DNA from: Octopus vulgaris
Taxonomy: Eukaryota
Direction of reading: 5' to 3'
DNA: 64,000 nucleotides
Assembly (NCBI GenBank): GCA_951406725.2
Contig: OX597833.1
Location: 54,560,001-54,624,000, forward strand
A program made the translations under genes and the position numbers. Under the pieces are notes generated by a model. The model ran no database searches. It was not told the DNA's origin and saw only the letters and a program-made list of their open reading frames with translations. This document shows, one piece after another, positions 27,961-41,017 of this stretch. Within the stretch, counting starts at the first letter, position 1. Each line of letters begins with the position of its first letter.

Positions 27961-28344
27961 ATATGTATGTATTTATGTATATACGTACAGGTATATTGGT
28001 GCAAACAGGAAAAATAGACCTCAAAATATGACTATATGTGTATTTTTATTGATATTTAACAGAAGTAACAGAGTGACTAAAGAGCTGCGAGTTTTGTGCA
28101 TTGGCACTCATCAAACTAGTCATAGGTCGACGGCCTGTCAGTTTTTATAACTGTTGATATATGCAATCAGTTTTTTTAGTTATCTTTTCTTTGGAGGTAT
28201 GGGAATATTTTTCATTGAGTACAATAGATGGTAAATCCCCATGCTGATATTTGAGTTTGTTGATAGAGCTCATCAAGATGTAGGCATCAACTGTATTCCA
28301 TGAAAAATATTCCCATACAGCTGCTGAGGTGGACTCAGGTGTTA

Positions 28345-28785
28345 TAACGGAGGCAGGTGAATGCAGATCAGTGATCAGGTTCTTATTCTTGAAAGGTCGT
28401 ACACCAAAAGAGACTTTCGATGAGATGAAAGAAGTTTAGGGTAACATGCACCATCATACGATGTAGTCAAGCACTGGTATTGCCAGTTCAAATATGGTTA
28501 GACGTCGGTGGAAACTGCTCCTATTCCTGGACAACCACATTCTACCATTGTTGACAACACCATCCATAAAGTGGAAGCTGCCATTTTGGAGGATCGCTGC
28601 ATCATAATGTGGCAACTAGCTCAAGTAGTAAGGTCCATGGAAAAAACTATTCATGATCATTTGCACATGTGGAAATTGTCTGCACAATGGGTTCCCCAGA
28701 CTCTCACACAATTTTGGAAGCAGGAACAAGTCAATTGCTCCCAGGCTTTTTGGCAATGTGCCAAGAAAATGAGGAATTTTTTGGC
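28345..28785 (+). pseudogene. mariner transposase N-terminal remnant
   Basis: RSVIRFLFLKGRTPKETFDEMKEV..APSYDVVKHW..F...GQP...IHDHLHMWKLSAQWVPQTLT (WVPHEL-type motif), with stops. Confidence 0.88.
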
Positions 28786-28794
28786 AGAATTTGA

Positions 28795-29085
28795 GGAGGG
28801 GAAGGAAAGGAGAAATTACTTCCTGGAAACGTCTGAGGATGGGGATGAATTACTTCCTAGAAAGTTCTGACGAAGTGGAGGAATAATTTCCTGGAAAGTT
28901 CCGAGGAGGGGGAGGAATTACGTCATGGAAAGTTCTGAGGAGGGGGAGGAAGGTGAGGAATTATTTCCTGAAAAGTTCCGAGAAGGGGAGGAAGGGGACA
29001 AATTACTTCCTGGAAAGTTCCGATGAGGGGAGGAATTACTTCATGGAAAGTTCCAAGGATGGGGAATTACTTCCTGGAGAGTTTA
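28795..29085. repeat. ~30-35-bp minisatellite
   Basis: About nine diverged units of GGAATTACTTCCTGGAAAGTTCYGAGGAGGGG. Confidence 0.85.
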
Positions 29086-29348
29086 GCTTTATGGCGCATC
29101 ATCAGACCCCAAAATATTTTGAAGAGGTCTTAGACCAATGGGTTTTGGTGTCTGACAATATGCCATAAACCTTTTATGGCCAGGAAACCCATAGTAAACC
29201 CATAAACTTGACTTCCCCAATAAATTATAATCTGCTCTGCAGCTTAGAGTGTGCTTCTTCTCCAGATTTATCTTTTATACACATGATATAGATATATACA
29301 TACATACACATGTGTACGTAGAAAGGGATTGATGGATATGTATGTGTG

Positions 29349-29379
<31 letters not shown>

Positions 29380-29390
29380 GTGTGTGTGTG

Positions 29391-29428
<38 letters not shown>

Positions 29429-29560
29429 TGATTGATTGATTCTAGTTTCAGCTCACGAGCTGTGGCCATCCTGGGGCACCGCCATTAGTATATATATATA
29501 TGTATATATATATATCATCATCATCATCACCATCCTTTAATGTCTGTTGTTCATATATGC

Positions 29561-29592
<32 letters not shown>

Positions 29593-29707
29593 GCATATAC
29601 AGAGTATGAGGGGTATTTGAGGTTATTTAATTATCAATACATTACTCCTCTTCAAACCAATTAAAAGGTTTTTATTTCTCTCTCTCTCAGATCTCCCATA
29701 GAAGATA

Positions 29708-31060
29708 AAATGCCAACACAAGAAATGAAAAGACATGCAATCATTGTTGCCAAATGCGCAGAACAGTAATTCACAAATTGCTAAATTTCTAAATGATGCA
29801 AGATCTTTTGTACACAAAGTTTTTAGTTGGCATTGGAAGCCACTAGTGGGAATGTTTCAACTTTATCAAAGACAAACAAAGCATTCTAAATGTTCAGACA
29901 CTATAAAGACAATACAGTTCATCCAGTGGGTTCAAAACGTTAATGATGATCCAAGGAAATCAATGAAGGCCATCACCAAAGAACTTCAGGGGTCAGAGTC
30001 GACTATCAGAACTTTGGTGCTTCAGGACGTTCGATATAAATCGTATGTATTGAGGCGAGGCCAATTCATCTCTATGAACACACAGTAAAACCATTTCGTG
30101 GAGGCACATGGCCCAGTGGTTAGAGCAGCGGGCTTGTGGTCGAGGGATCGCGAGTTCGAATCTCAGACCGGGCAATGTGTGTGTTTATGAGTGAAACACC
30201 TAAGTTCCACAGGGCTCCAGCAGAAGGTAATGGCGAAACTTCTGCTGACTCTTTCGCCACAAATTTCTCTCCCTCTTTCCTCCTGCATCTTGCAACTCAC
30301 CTGTGGCGGACCGGTGTCCCATCCAGGTGGGGAACCTATATGCCAAGTAAACTGGGAAACCGGCCCTTATGAGCCAGGGATTGCTCGAGAAGGAACAAAC
30401 AAGAAAAACCATTTGAGTCATAATTACTTAATATAGTTAAAAATCTTTCCTGAAATGGTATACTTTGGTTCTTCTCCACAAAGAAAATCTTCAGCCAAGA
30501 CCAAAAATCTAACAGAAGAAATAACAGATAGTAATGTGCAGGACCTTCTGGTGTCCCCAGTTTGATGCTCACTAAGTTTCCAAGCAACTTGGAGATTTAC
30601 TCAAAGGCCTTATTATTATGTAAGCTGGTAAAATCGTTACCAGTTGAGTGCTAGAGTTGTTTTAATGAGAATCATGTCATACCACCTTATGTCTTTACAT
30701 AGGATCTTCAAATTTATGTTACTAGATATATTCAGGTGCTGGTAGCAGTTATTAAGCCCTAGATGGATGATGCACTCTGTGGAAGGCCATACATGCTTCA
30801 AAAAGACTCAGCACATTCACATAAAGCCCATGTAACCACAGGATGAGTGTTACACAACCTTTATGTTCATGTAACACCAAACTCGCAGCCTCCAAACTCA
30901 CCAGATTTAAACCCCGTGGATTACTACATTTGGGGTATCATTGAAAGGAAGGTTATTTGACATCCTTACAATACCACAGCTTACCTGAAGGCTGCCATGG
31001 TCCAGATAATGTCCAAAATGGTTCAGACTTGGTTCAGACATGTCAACAATTTCTGTCAGA
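29708..31060 (+). pseudogene. Tc1/mariner-superfamily (maT/DD37D-like) transposase remnant
   Basis: DPRKSMKAITKEL..SESTIR..V.QDVRYKSY, WFFS..KIF, GRPY.LQKDSAHSHKA and PPNSPDLNPVDYYIWGIIE; interrupted by SINE E. Confidence 0.88.
30097..30404 (+). mobile_element. SINE E, full length, with a 10-bp TSD
   Basis: A box TGGCCCAGTGG, B box GAGTTCGAATCT, and TSD AAAACCATTT at 30087-30096 and 30405-30414. Confidence 0.92.
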
Positions 31061-31194
31061 TTTTCTGCCATTATACCAAAGCAACCCTTCAAATTTTCTT
31101 CTGTTATTTTAGAAGCTGTGTTTCTTAACAGTGAAAGTTGTGTTGTTTACATTAGAAGAATTTAGAAATTTTCAGAGATATGAAATAAAGCATT

Positions 31195-31465
31195 TATACA
31201 TACATACATACATACATACATACATACATACATACATACATACATACATACATACATACATACATACATACATACATACATACATACATACATACATACA
31301 TACATACATACATACATACATACACACACACACATACATACACACACACACACACACATACATACATACATGCACTTATACGCACATACATACATACATA
31401 CATACATACATACATACATACATACATACATACATACATACATACATACATACATACATACCATA
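31195..31465. repeat. (TACA)n microsatellite
   Basis: Seen directly. Confidence 0.95.
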
Positions 31466-31473
31466 TGTACATA

Positions 31474-31892
31474 TATAATCTACACTTACTCTATCCAGAT
31501 TACAAGTTCAGATTTATACCTGTAATTATCGGGGCATTGGGATATGTAACACACTGCCTAAATACCAGTCTTGAGAACTTAAGGCTTCTCAAAACCTGGA
31601 AGAAGAAAACTGATTCAAAGACTACAGATCCAAACCATCACTGGAACTGTAAACATCTGTAAAACTTTCCAGAAGTTTATCATTTAAGTGTATATGTGCA
31701 CGTCTAGACATGCAACTATATACATGAGAATACATGCATAAAACAAAACATACAAATCTGCACATATACATACATACAAAAATACCCTGTTGATGCTGAA
31801 ATTCCAAAGAAGGAGCCTTGGATCTAGGTTAGAAACCAGCTTTTTTTCTATTGACAAGAAATCTTGAAATAAAGCTGAATAATGACACAGAA
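31474..31892 (+). mobile_element. 3' end of an RLE-type (R4/Dong-like) non-LTR retrotransposon
   Basis: YPDYKFRFIPVIIGALGYV..L...L..L then, after a frameshift, LIQRLQIQTITGTVNICKTF. This is the P-(V/I)IGALG motif of the restriction-like endonuclease C-terminus. Flanked by (TACA)n on both sides. Confidence 0.75.
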
Positions 31893-32012
31893 TACATGCA
31901 TATACATGTATGTATATATATACACACACATACATACATACGTACGTACATACATACATACATACATACATATATACATACATACATACATACATACATA
32001 CATACATACATA

Positions 32013-32300
32013 CATTATTATGGCTGTCCCCTCGTTATCGAGTATGGCCATTGCACGAAGCTTAACTGTTACTGGTGCTGTGATCGAATGTGACTTTTTA
32101 GCCCAGCTAAAGATCTACCATGTCTTGTACAAAATTGGCAACTAAAACCTTTACTGGTAATAGCAAGCTGTAGTTGTAACTGGGCTTCATGTACCTTTGC
32201 ATGTCGTTTAAGTCCGCCTGCCAAATTACACTCTCTTCCACATGCCCGACAGATATGATTAGTATGGTGTGTTACACCACCATCAGTGGCCAGGTTGTCA
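32013..32300 (-). mobile_element. RTE (BovB-like) 3' fragment with C-terminal C2H2 fingers
   Basis: CRACGREC..AGGLKRHAKVH and CQFC...RSLAGLKSHIRSQH*, then the short UTR AACGAGGGGACAGCC(ATA)n. Confidence 0.75.
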
Positions 32301-32989
32301 TACATACATACATACTCTGTTGATGTTGCTGAAATTCCAATGAAGGAGCTTTGGATCTAGATTAGAAACCAATTCTCTTTATTGGCAAGAAATCTTGAAA
32401 TAAAACTGAATAACATACATAATACAGACATATATATATATGTGTGTGTGTGTGTATAAACACATACATACATACATGCACACACATACATACATGCATA
32501 CATACACACATACATACATACATACACACATACATATATACACATACACAAAGATACATACATACACACATACATACATACATACACACACATACACACA
32601 TACATACATACATATACCAAACTCAATTACAGTAATGTTCTAAATATAACAAATTTGAATGAGAAACTGGTCCCTATTCATGCGCGTGCATTTGCACCCA
32701 GATATTGGAGGGAAATGTATTTATATCTGAGATCTGAGTGTGTATACACTTACATACATGCATATATATATATACATATATATATACACATATATATATA
32801 TTCCTATATATATATATATACACACATATATATTCCTATATATATATATATAGGAATATATATATATGTATATATATATATATGTGTGTATATATATATA
32901 TATACATATATATATGAATATATTCATGTATGTGTGTGTATGTATGTCTCATGCATGTATACATGTGTGAGTGAGTGTGTGTGTTTATG

Positions 32990-33084
<95 letters not shown>

Positions 33085-33110
33085 CATATATATATACATA
33101 TATATATATA

Positions 33111-33336
<226 letters not shown>

Positions 33337-34119
33337 GCACATACTGCCAATGGAAGCAGATGTAAAAAAAAAAAAAAAGGTATATTTTTAAACATATAAA
33401 CCAATAACCTTACAAAGTTATCCATTTTGATACATTCATTATATTTATTATATATTCTGTGATACATTAAAGAACTTATTTCCAAGATGCATTATGCCGT
33501 CTTTGTAATGCATCCTCTAGACATAGAATACATCGCTAGACGATATCGGCATCCATTTCTGAACAAAAACCCAAACAGAGGAAAACCTCCAACGTTTTCC
33601 ACCATTGTGAAAACTGAATAAAGATTACAGAAATCCTAGATAAACTAATCTGGCAAACTGCTGGCAAAAAAGGATTATCCTCTGTACTAGATTATCTCGT
33701 GCACTAGATGCACTCAGATTATTTTCTCCAAAGGAACATCTCTGTAGAAAACTGTATATAACGTTCCCATGTTTTTCTTGCATGTCTCAGACTTTGTCTC
33801 TTTATCTACCGTATTCCTACAATTAGCCACAGAGTCGCTATTGTTTTTAGCCCATAAATCCCAAATACCCACCGAGAACACCCGGATCAATAACCGCTGA
33901 TATTTTTACCATTCCATCTTTCTGTGACTGTTTACTGTTTGGATTATGTATTTCTGTGGCAGACTTTGCTTTTAATTTTAGATAAAACCAAAAATGAATA
34001 AATAAATAAAAAATGCCACTTTGATCCTCGGTGTCTGTATTTGACGATCTTAATCATATATAAGCCTTCTAAATTTTTATATTCATGCACACATATATAT
34101 ATATATATATATATGCATA

Positions 34120-34160
<41 letters not shown>

Positions 34161-34198
34161 GTATGTGTGTGTATATATATATTATATATATATATATA

Positions 34199-34275
<77 letters not shown>

Positions 34276-34290
34276 TTATATATATACATA

Positions 34291-34333
<43 letters not shown>

Positions 34334-34426
34334 GTATATGTATATATGTGTGTGCATGCATATATATATATGTGTGTGGGTATGTGTATGTATATGTGTG
34401 TGTGTATGTATATTATATATGCATAT

Positions 34427-34467
<41 letters not shown>

Positions 34468-35071
34468 CATTATTATTATTATTATCATTATTATTATCAT
34501 TATAATTATTATTGTCATTATTATTATCATTACTATTATTATTATTATTATTATCATTATTATTATTATTATCATTTCCGTTACAAATGTCTGCAACATT
34601 ATATATGGCTTTTTGTTTGTTGTCGGAGGTGAGGGGTGGGCGTCGTTTTATTTTAATGTATTTTATTCCTTTGTTGTTTTTGTTTTTCTTTTATTTCTGC
34701 TATTCTTTTTTGTTTGTTTATATATTTATTTATTTATTTATTTTCATTAATACTTCAATTGTTTACGAAATAATGACTTCATTTCTATTCCTGGACAAAA
34801 TGTTCAACTTTGACCTTTCAGATCTTATACTTTTAATAACAAGAAAAAAAAACAAAACAAACAGTTTGGAGCAAAGGGTGGTGATGGTGGTGATGATGGT
34901 GGGGGTGATGGTGGGGGTAGGGAAGGGAGTGTCTTAATCATTTACAAGAGGAAACAATGATTCAGTGTTGATTCTGTGCATAAAATTGGTATTTGCAGAG
35001 CAGGGGGGGGCAGGTCACATGACTAATGTCACATAACTAATGTCACACTGGGCAAGCTGTGTGTTGTTGTT

Positions 35072-35116
<45 letters not shown>

Positions 35117-35776
35117 GGTGGTGGTGGTGGTGGTGGTGATGGTGGTGGTGTTCTGTTGTTTTTGCTTTTGATGTTAAGTCATATATCAGCTTTAAGTGTA
35201 CACATCTGTGATCAAAGCCATTCCAATGGTGACCACCCTGTCATGTTTGCAGGAATAGTGTACCTAGGTTTACATAATCGGACATGCATGGGAGCAGGCA
35301 TTTGTAAATGTAATTTATAAACATAACCCTACTGTACAGCACAGCAATCCATGCATGCCCACCAAATTTTAAAATTTCTTTTGATGGTTTATGGTGCCTG
35401 TGAGACGATAAGTCATGCCCCCCCACCCCACTCAACTTCTGCAATCTTTTCAAGAAACAGGGCACTGTGAATGTTCCTCCAAAACCCCCTCATTGTAAAT
35501 TGATGGAGTTCATTCAGAAGGAGTGAGAAATAGAAAGAGATAGAGAAAGAAAGAGATAAAGCAGAAGAAGAAATCCTAGTACCTGGACAGTATCAAGACA
35601 GGAGGACTGAAAAAACAAAGTTAACCTCAACAGGATTTGAACTCAGGATGCAAAATATGGGAACAATTAAAACAAGGCTCTTATCCAGTGATTTAATAAT
35701 TTTTTGTATTGATCATCCTAAGCTGAACATGAAGATGTAATATTTTAGTTAACATAACATAACTATGTAAATGTTG

Positions 35777-36200
35777 TAGGTGCAGGAGTGGCTGTGTGGT
35801 AAGTACCTTGCTTACCAACCAAATGGTTCCGGGTTCAGTCCCACTGCGTGGCACTTCGGGCAAGTGTCTTCTACTATAGCCTCAGGCTGACCAAAGCCTT
35901 GTGAGTGGATTTGGTAGATGGAAACTGAAAGAAGCCTGTCGTATATATGTATATATATATATGTTTGTGTGTCTGTGTTTGTGCGTCTGTGTTTGTCCCC
36001 ACCCCCCCACATCACTTGGCAACCGATGCTGGTGTGTTTACGCCCCTGTAACTTAGCGGTTCGGCAAAAAGAGAGCGATAGAATAAGTACTAGGCTAACA
36101 AAGAATAAGTCCTGGGGTCGATTTGCTCGACTAAAGGTGGTGCTCTAGCATGGCCGCAGTCAAATGACTGAAACAAGTAAAAGAGAGTAAAGAGAGAGTA
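35777..36200 (+). mobile_element. SINE C, full length
   Basis: Matches the family C consensus. Confidence 0.92.
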
Positions 36201-36678
36201 AACGTAATAAATGCAAAAAACATCACATCATTAATTAGAAATAATAATAGAGTGAGGAAAAAAATTAATCAATGATTAATTGCGGTGCCCCAGCATGGCC
36301 ACAGCTCATGAGCTGAAACTAGATGAAATAAAAATATTTTTTAAATGTTTTAGATATTTCAACAATTAAGAGGCACAACTCTGGACATGTTTCAATATTA
36401 TTATGACCTTATCATCAAACCAAACTCTTTTAAGTAACACACTTTCTCAAGCAGAAATCACAAAGGAATAATTTTACACCCTAAGGATTTGTCCTTTGCC
36501 GTTTATCTTGTCAATTAGGAAACAATCTCGCCATGTTTACTCTAATTTTCCCCTGTTGAATAGTTTATCAGTTCCATGTTTTGTTTATGGCTAACACAGT
36601 CCACTCATGATGGTTCATTCCAACAAGCTGGAGATAGCTGTAATTACGATGCTGTTGTTCCCAAGCTCATTGACATCT

Positions 36679-37720
36679 TGTCAGCTCTCATTTAAGAAAA
36701 CTTATGATCAAAAGCATTCAGCCACGACAATATTGCCTTTTTTGTATATGCAACAAAACCTCCATGAACTGAAAACCCAAAAACAAATATTACCCTAGTC
36801 AGAATTAGAATCCTTATGAAAGATAATCATGCAATAACAATATATGGTATAATACATACAATAAAAACCACCACAAACCGAGAAACCCTAAACAAGTTTA
36901 ACCCACAAAAATTAGAATTTCAATAAAGGACAACTTAGAATTATGGCACATCTATCATCCATCATCAGCTGCTTAACAGATATCATTGTGGTTTTTACAC
37001 CTGGGAACTTAGACTTCATTTTTCAGTCTTTACTTTTTTTTTTAACTAAAACAGTAAGACATGTCAGCTCTCATTTAAGAAAACTTATGATCAAAAGCAT
37101 TCAGCCACGACAATATTGTCTTTTTTGTATATGCAACAAAACCTCCATGAACTGAAAACCCTAAAACAAATATTACCCTAGTCAGAATTAGAATCCTTAT
37201 GAAAGATAATCATGGAATAACAATATATGGTATAATCATCATCATCATCATCATCATCATCTGCAACGAAGTCAGTGAGTTTGGGGAACAAAGAAGCGAA
37301 TCGCTTAAAGACAAGAGACACAGGAGGAAGGCATGAGCCACCCCTGACATCACACCAAATGTTACCTTCGTCTGTGGACACTGCTCACAGACCTGCCTTT
37401 CCCATATCGGACTTTTCAGTCATGAGCATGCATGCACGTGACATGAACAGCCTCCCTGATCTTCATTCGCGAAGCCGAGCTATGATATTGTATAATACAT
37501 ACAATAAAAACCACCACAAACCAAGAAACCAAGAAACCCTAAACAAGTTTAACCCATAAGAATTAGAATTTCAATAAAGGACAACTTAGAATTATGGCAA
37601 ACAAATACATCAATCACCCATCATCAGCTTCTTAACAGATATCATTGTGGTTTTGACACTCGGGTACTTAGACTACATTGTTCAGTCTTACTTTTTTTTT
37701 AACTAAAACAGTAAGACATG
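36679..37720. repeat. Tandem duplication of a 383-bp unit
   Basis: TCAGCTCTCATTTAAGAAAAC at 36681 and 37064; both copies end in AACTAAAACAGTAAGACATG. Confidence 0.92.
37236..37485 (+). mobile_element. RTE (BovB-like) 3' fragment inserted into the second copy of the duplication
   Basis: FVCGHCSQTCLSHIGLFSHEHAC zinc finger; TSD ATAT(G/T)GTATAAT; absent from copy 1. Confidence 0.85.
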
Positions 37721-38150
37721 ATTTGAGTGGATTTCGTTGCTATGACCAGCAGGTTGAATGAGAATAGAGAGGTCCCAGTATTAACTAAACTCTTAGTATT
37801 AGTATGAACAACGGTTTCTACAAGTGGTGGGAGCACTAAGTAAGTGCTTTGTAAACTTCCAGTATCATCCTCCTCCTCATCATTCTCATTATTATCACTA
37901 ACATTTTACCATCTGATTTTCCATGCTTGTTTTGGTTGGACGGCTTTCAAATTCTCTTTAATAGTCAACAGTTAGGTAAATTATCCATTGATGGATGAGT
38001 TTGAATGGCAAAGGTCAAGCAATTCTGTTTATCACACTTGAGTGAGATAAACATAATTGAGGATTGATACTTGGAATATAGATATATTCAATTTGATCAA
38101 ATGATAAGACTCAAGTTTATTTATACCAATAGGCAAAAGGCAAACAAAAC

Positions 38151-38190
<40 letters not shown>

Positions 38191-38311
38191 TATATATATA
38201 AATATACACAAATATATATATATATATATATAGACATAGAGAGAGAGAGAGCGAGAAAGAGAGAGATAGTTCTATACACATATTTATACATATACATATC
38301 TCTCTTTCTTC

Positions 38312-38399
<88 letters not shown>

Positions 38400-39029
38400 C
38401 ATAACAATTCTGATGAAAAAAATAAAGTAAATTTGATTTGATATTTTGACCATAAAAGGACCTAGTCATGAGTAGAAATATCACAGGGGATATAAATTAA
38501 TATCTTATATCACCAAACATCTACAGACTGTGTTTATTAAATCAACATGATAGTTATGCTTATCTAGTAAAATCTAACAAACTGTTTTGATGATTTCATT
38601 TAGAAATATATATATCTATGAAATCAATATCTAAATTAAATCTAAATAATATCTTTACAGACTCTGTGTATCCAGTGGATATCAGCAGATATCGCACCAG
38701 TTAATATTTCCAAACTGCGTTTCATAAATTTGTTTCTCTACTATACTCTGTATTACTCTATTTTACACTATTTTACTCTTGTTCTGGTTCTGGTTTCTGT
38801 CATTGGACTATGGCCATGCTGGGGCACAGCGCTACCTTTGAGAATTTACTCAAGTCAAGTATTTCGAACCAAGCTCTCTTTCATTGTAGTATTTATTTTA
38901 ACGGTTCTCATTTGTTGAACTGCTATGTTACTGGATATAAAAAAAGTACAACATAAATAGCATAAACTCAAGCATGCACACACACACACACACACACACA
39001 TGCATTACATTCAAACATATATATCATTG

Positions 39030-39460
39030 ATACCTTTAGTCAATTAAGCCTCAAAATCCCTGTTACTATTAATCTGTCTAAAGTTGACTTTTTAGATGTT
39101 TCCCTAGATCTAAACGCCTGCTCTTATAAGATGTACCATAAACCAAATGAGAAGCTCTCATACATACATAAACAGTCCTGTCACCCCTATAGTCTTTAAA
39201 AATCTGATAGTCAACATTAGTAATAGGATATCAAATCTATCTTCTTCTAAACAAATATTTGATAAGGCAGCCCCCCTACTATAATAATACTCTAGCTAAC
39301 AGCAACTTCAACAATGAATTATATTACAACTCCTTAGGTAAAAATATGAATTGTAAAAATAGACCAAAAAACAGACCTAGGAAAATAATTTGTTATGTCC
39401 TCCCTCTCCCTTAATATTAAGGCTAACATAGGCTTGGATTTCTCCACTATTCTCCACTTA
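39030..39460 (+). mobile_element. Penelope-like RT/thumb remnant
   Basis: KVDFLDVSLDL...YHKPNEKLSYIHKQSCHP...ISNRISNLSSSKQIFDKAAP.YNN.L..S, followed by RPRKII...LSLNIKANIG. Confidence 0.88.
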
Positions 39461-39835
39461 ATTGTATGTGGTGAGGAGCTGCTCTTCAAATTTCATACAT
39501 GGCTAACAAACTTAGATGCATTATTTTTATCAATGTGCCAGAGAGAAGGTAGGTGGTTTGCATGTCTCTTGGATTCGCCCTCACATAACCTGATGTAATT
39601 CTTTTTTTCAGTTGATTTGTCTAACAGCATAGCTGTAACTTCAGCCTCATATATGACACACACACACACATACACACACATATGATGGTCTTCTTTCAGT
39701 TTCTGTCTACCAAGGCTATAGTAGAATACCATACAGTGGGACTGAACTCAGAACCATATGGTTAGGAAGCAAGCTTCTTACCACCCAGCTATGCCTGCAC
39801 CTGAATATATATATATATATATATATGTATGTATA

Positions 39836-40255
39836 TACTCTTTACTCTTTTACTTGTTTCAGTCATTTGACTGCGGCCATGCTGGAGCACTGCCTTTAAT
39901 CGAGCAACTCGACCCCGGGACTTATTCTTTTGTAAGCCCAGTACTTATTCTATCGGTCTCTTTTGCCGAACCGCTAAGTAACGGGGACATAAACACACCA
40001 GCATCGGTTGCCAAGCAATGCTAGGGAGACAAACACAGACACACAATCACACACATACACACATATATATATATGTATATATACATATATACGACAGGCT
40101 TCTTTCAGTTTCCGTCTACCAAATCCACTCACAAGGCTTTGGTCGGCCCAAGGCTATAGTAGAAGACACTTGCCCAAGGTGCCATGCAGTGGGATTGAAC
40201 CTGGAACCATGTGGTTGGTAAGCAAGCTACTTACCACACAGCCACTCCTGCGCCT
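39836..40255 (-). mobile_element. SINE C, full length (partial copy adjacent at 39660-39803)
   Basis: Reverse complement of the family C consensus. Confidence 0.92.
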
Positions 40256-40567
40256 ATATATATATATATATATATACAAATAGATAGAGAGTGTGTGTGT
40301 GTGTGTAATAAGAGATTATATAGAATACAAGGGAACAAGAAATGTAAAGAACGTTATTAGCCTACAGCTACTTCTGTTATGAGATGAGCCCATTGCATCG
40401 CATAGCAGAAACCACTGTAGGCTGATGAAGGTTATTACAAAATTTCCTGTTCCTTTGTCGTTTTTCTAGCCTCTTATTATGCTCTGTACTTGGACTAGTG
40501 TTTTTCTCTAAAGCATATGTACGTTGAATTCTAAAATGAGGTTATTAGCATTGCTATGCCAAACCGA

Positions 40568-40598
<31 letters not shown>

Positions 40599-41017
40599 AT
40601 ATATAAGCTAGTCAGATAAAGGTGTAGGAAAATTGAATTATTGAGACAGATGCTATTATAAATTATTTAGAGATGCAGGGCAAAATCAATAGCAGGAAAC
40701 TGGATTTTGCTGCAGAGGTCACATTGTTCTGATTATGGTATGCCATTCATATCAATTATACCAATTATACCAATTATGTAATTATGTCTATTACATTATG
40801 CTGTCTAATTATCATAAAAAGGAAGTCGAACTAATTTGCTTTCTGTTTTTCTTTTGTCTGTGTGTGAGAGTGTGTTTTGTCTAAGTCTTATACGAATTAC
40901 ATCCACTTTCAGCCCCATTGCTGTTCCAGTTTGGCCTCTGACCCTTATGATGTTATTAACGTTGGGGGTTTAACAATCTCAGTTTGAAGGAAAGTCAATT
41001 AACTCAACTGACTGGAA

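Noticed and set aside
30097-30170. tRNA genes at SINE heads (also 15601, 17088 and others)
   Set aside because: A and B boxes are present, but each continues into a multi-copy SINE body and lacks a clean cloverleaf.
30211-30247. HDV/CPEB3-like ribozyme (CAGCAGAAG...CGAA..TTCTGCTG)
   Set aside because: Only a P2-like pairing is present, with no room for P1, P3 or P4. Kept only as a simple pseudoknot.
32069-32305. Host C2H2 zinc-finger gene exon
   Set aside because: Finger style, immediate stop, short UTR and repeat tail match an RTE C-terminus.
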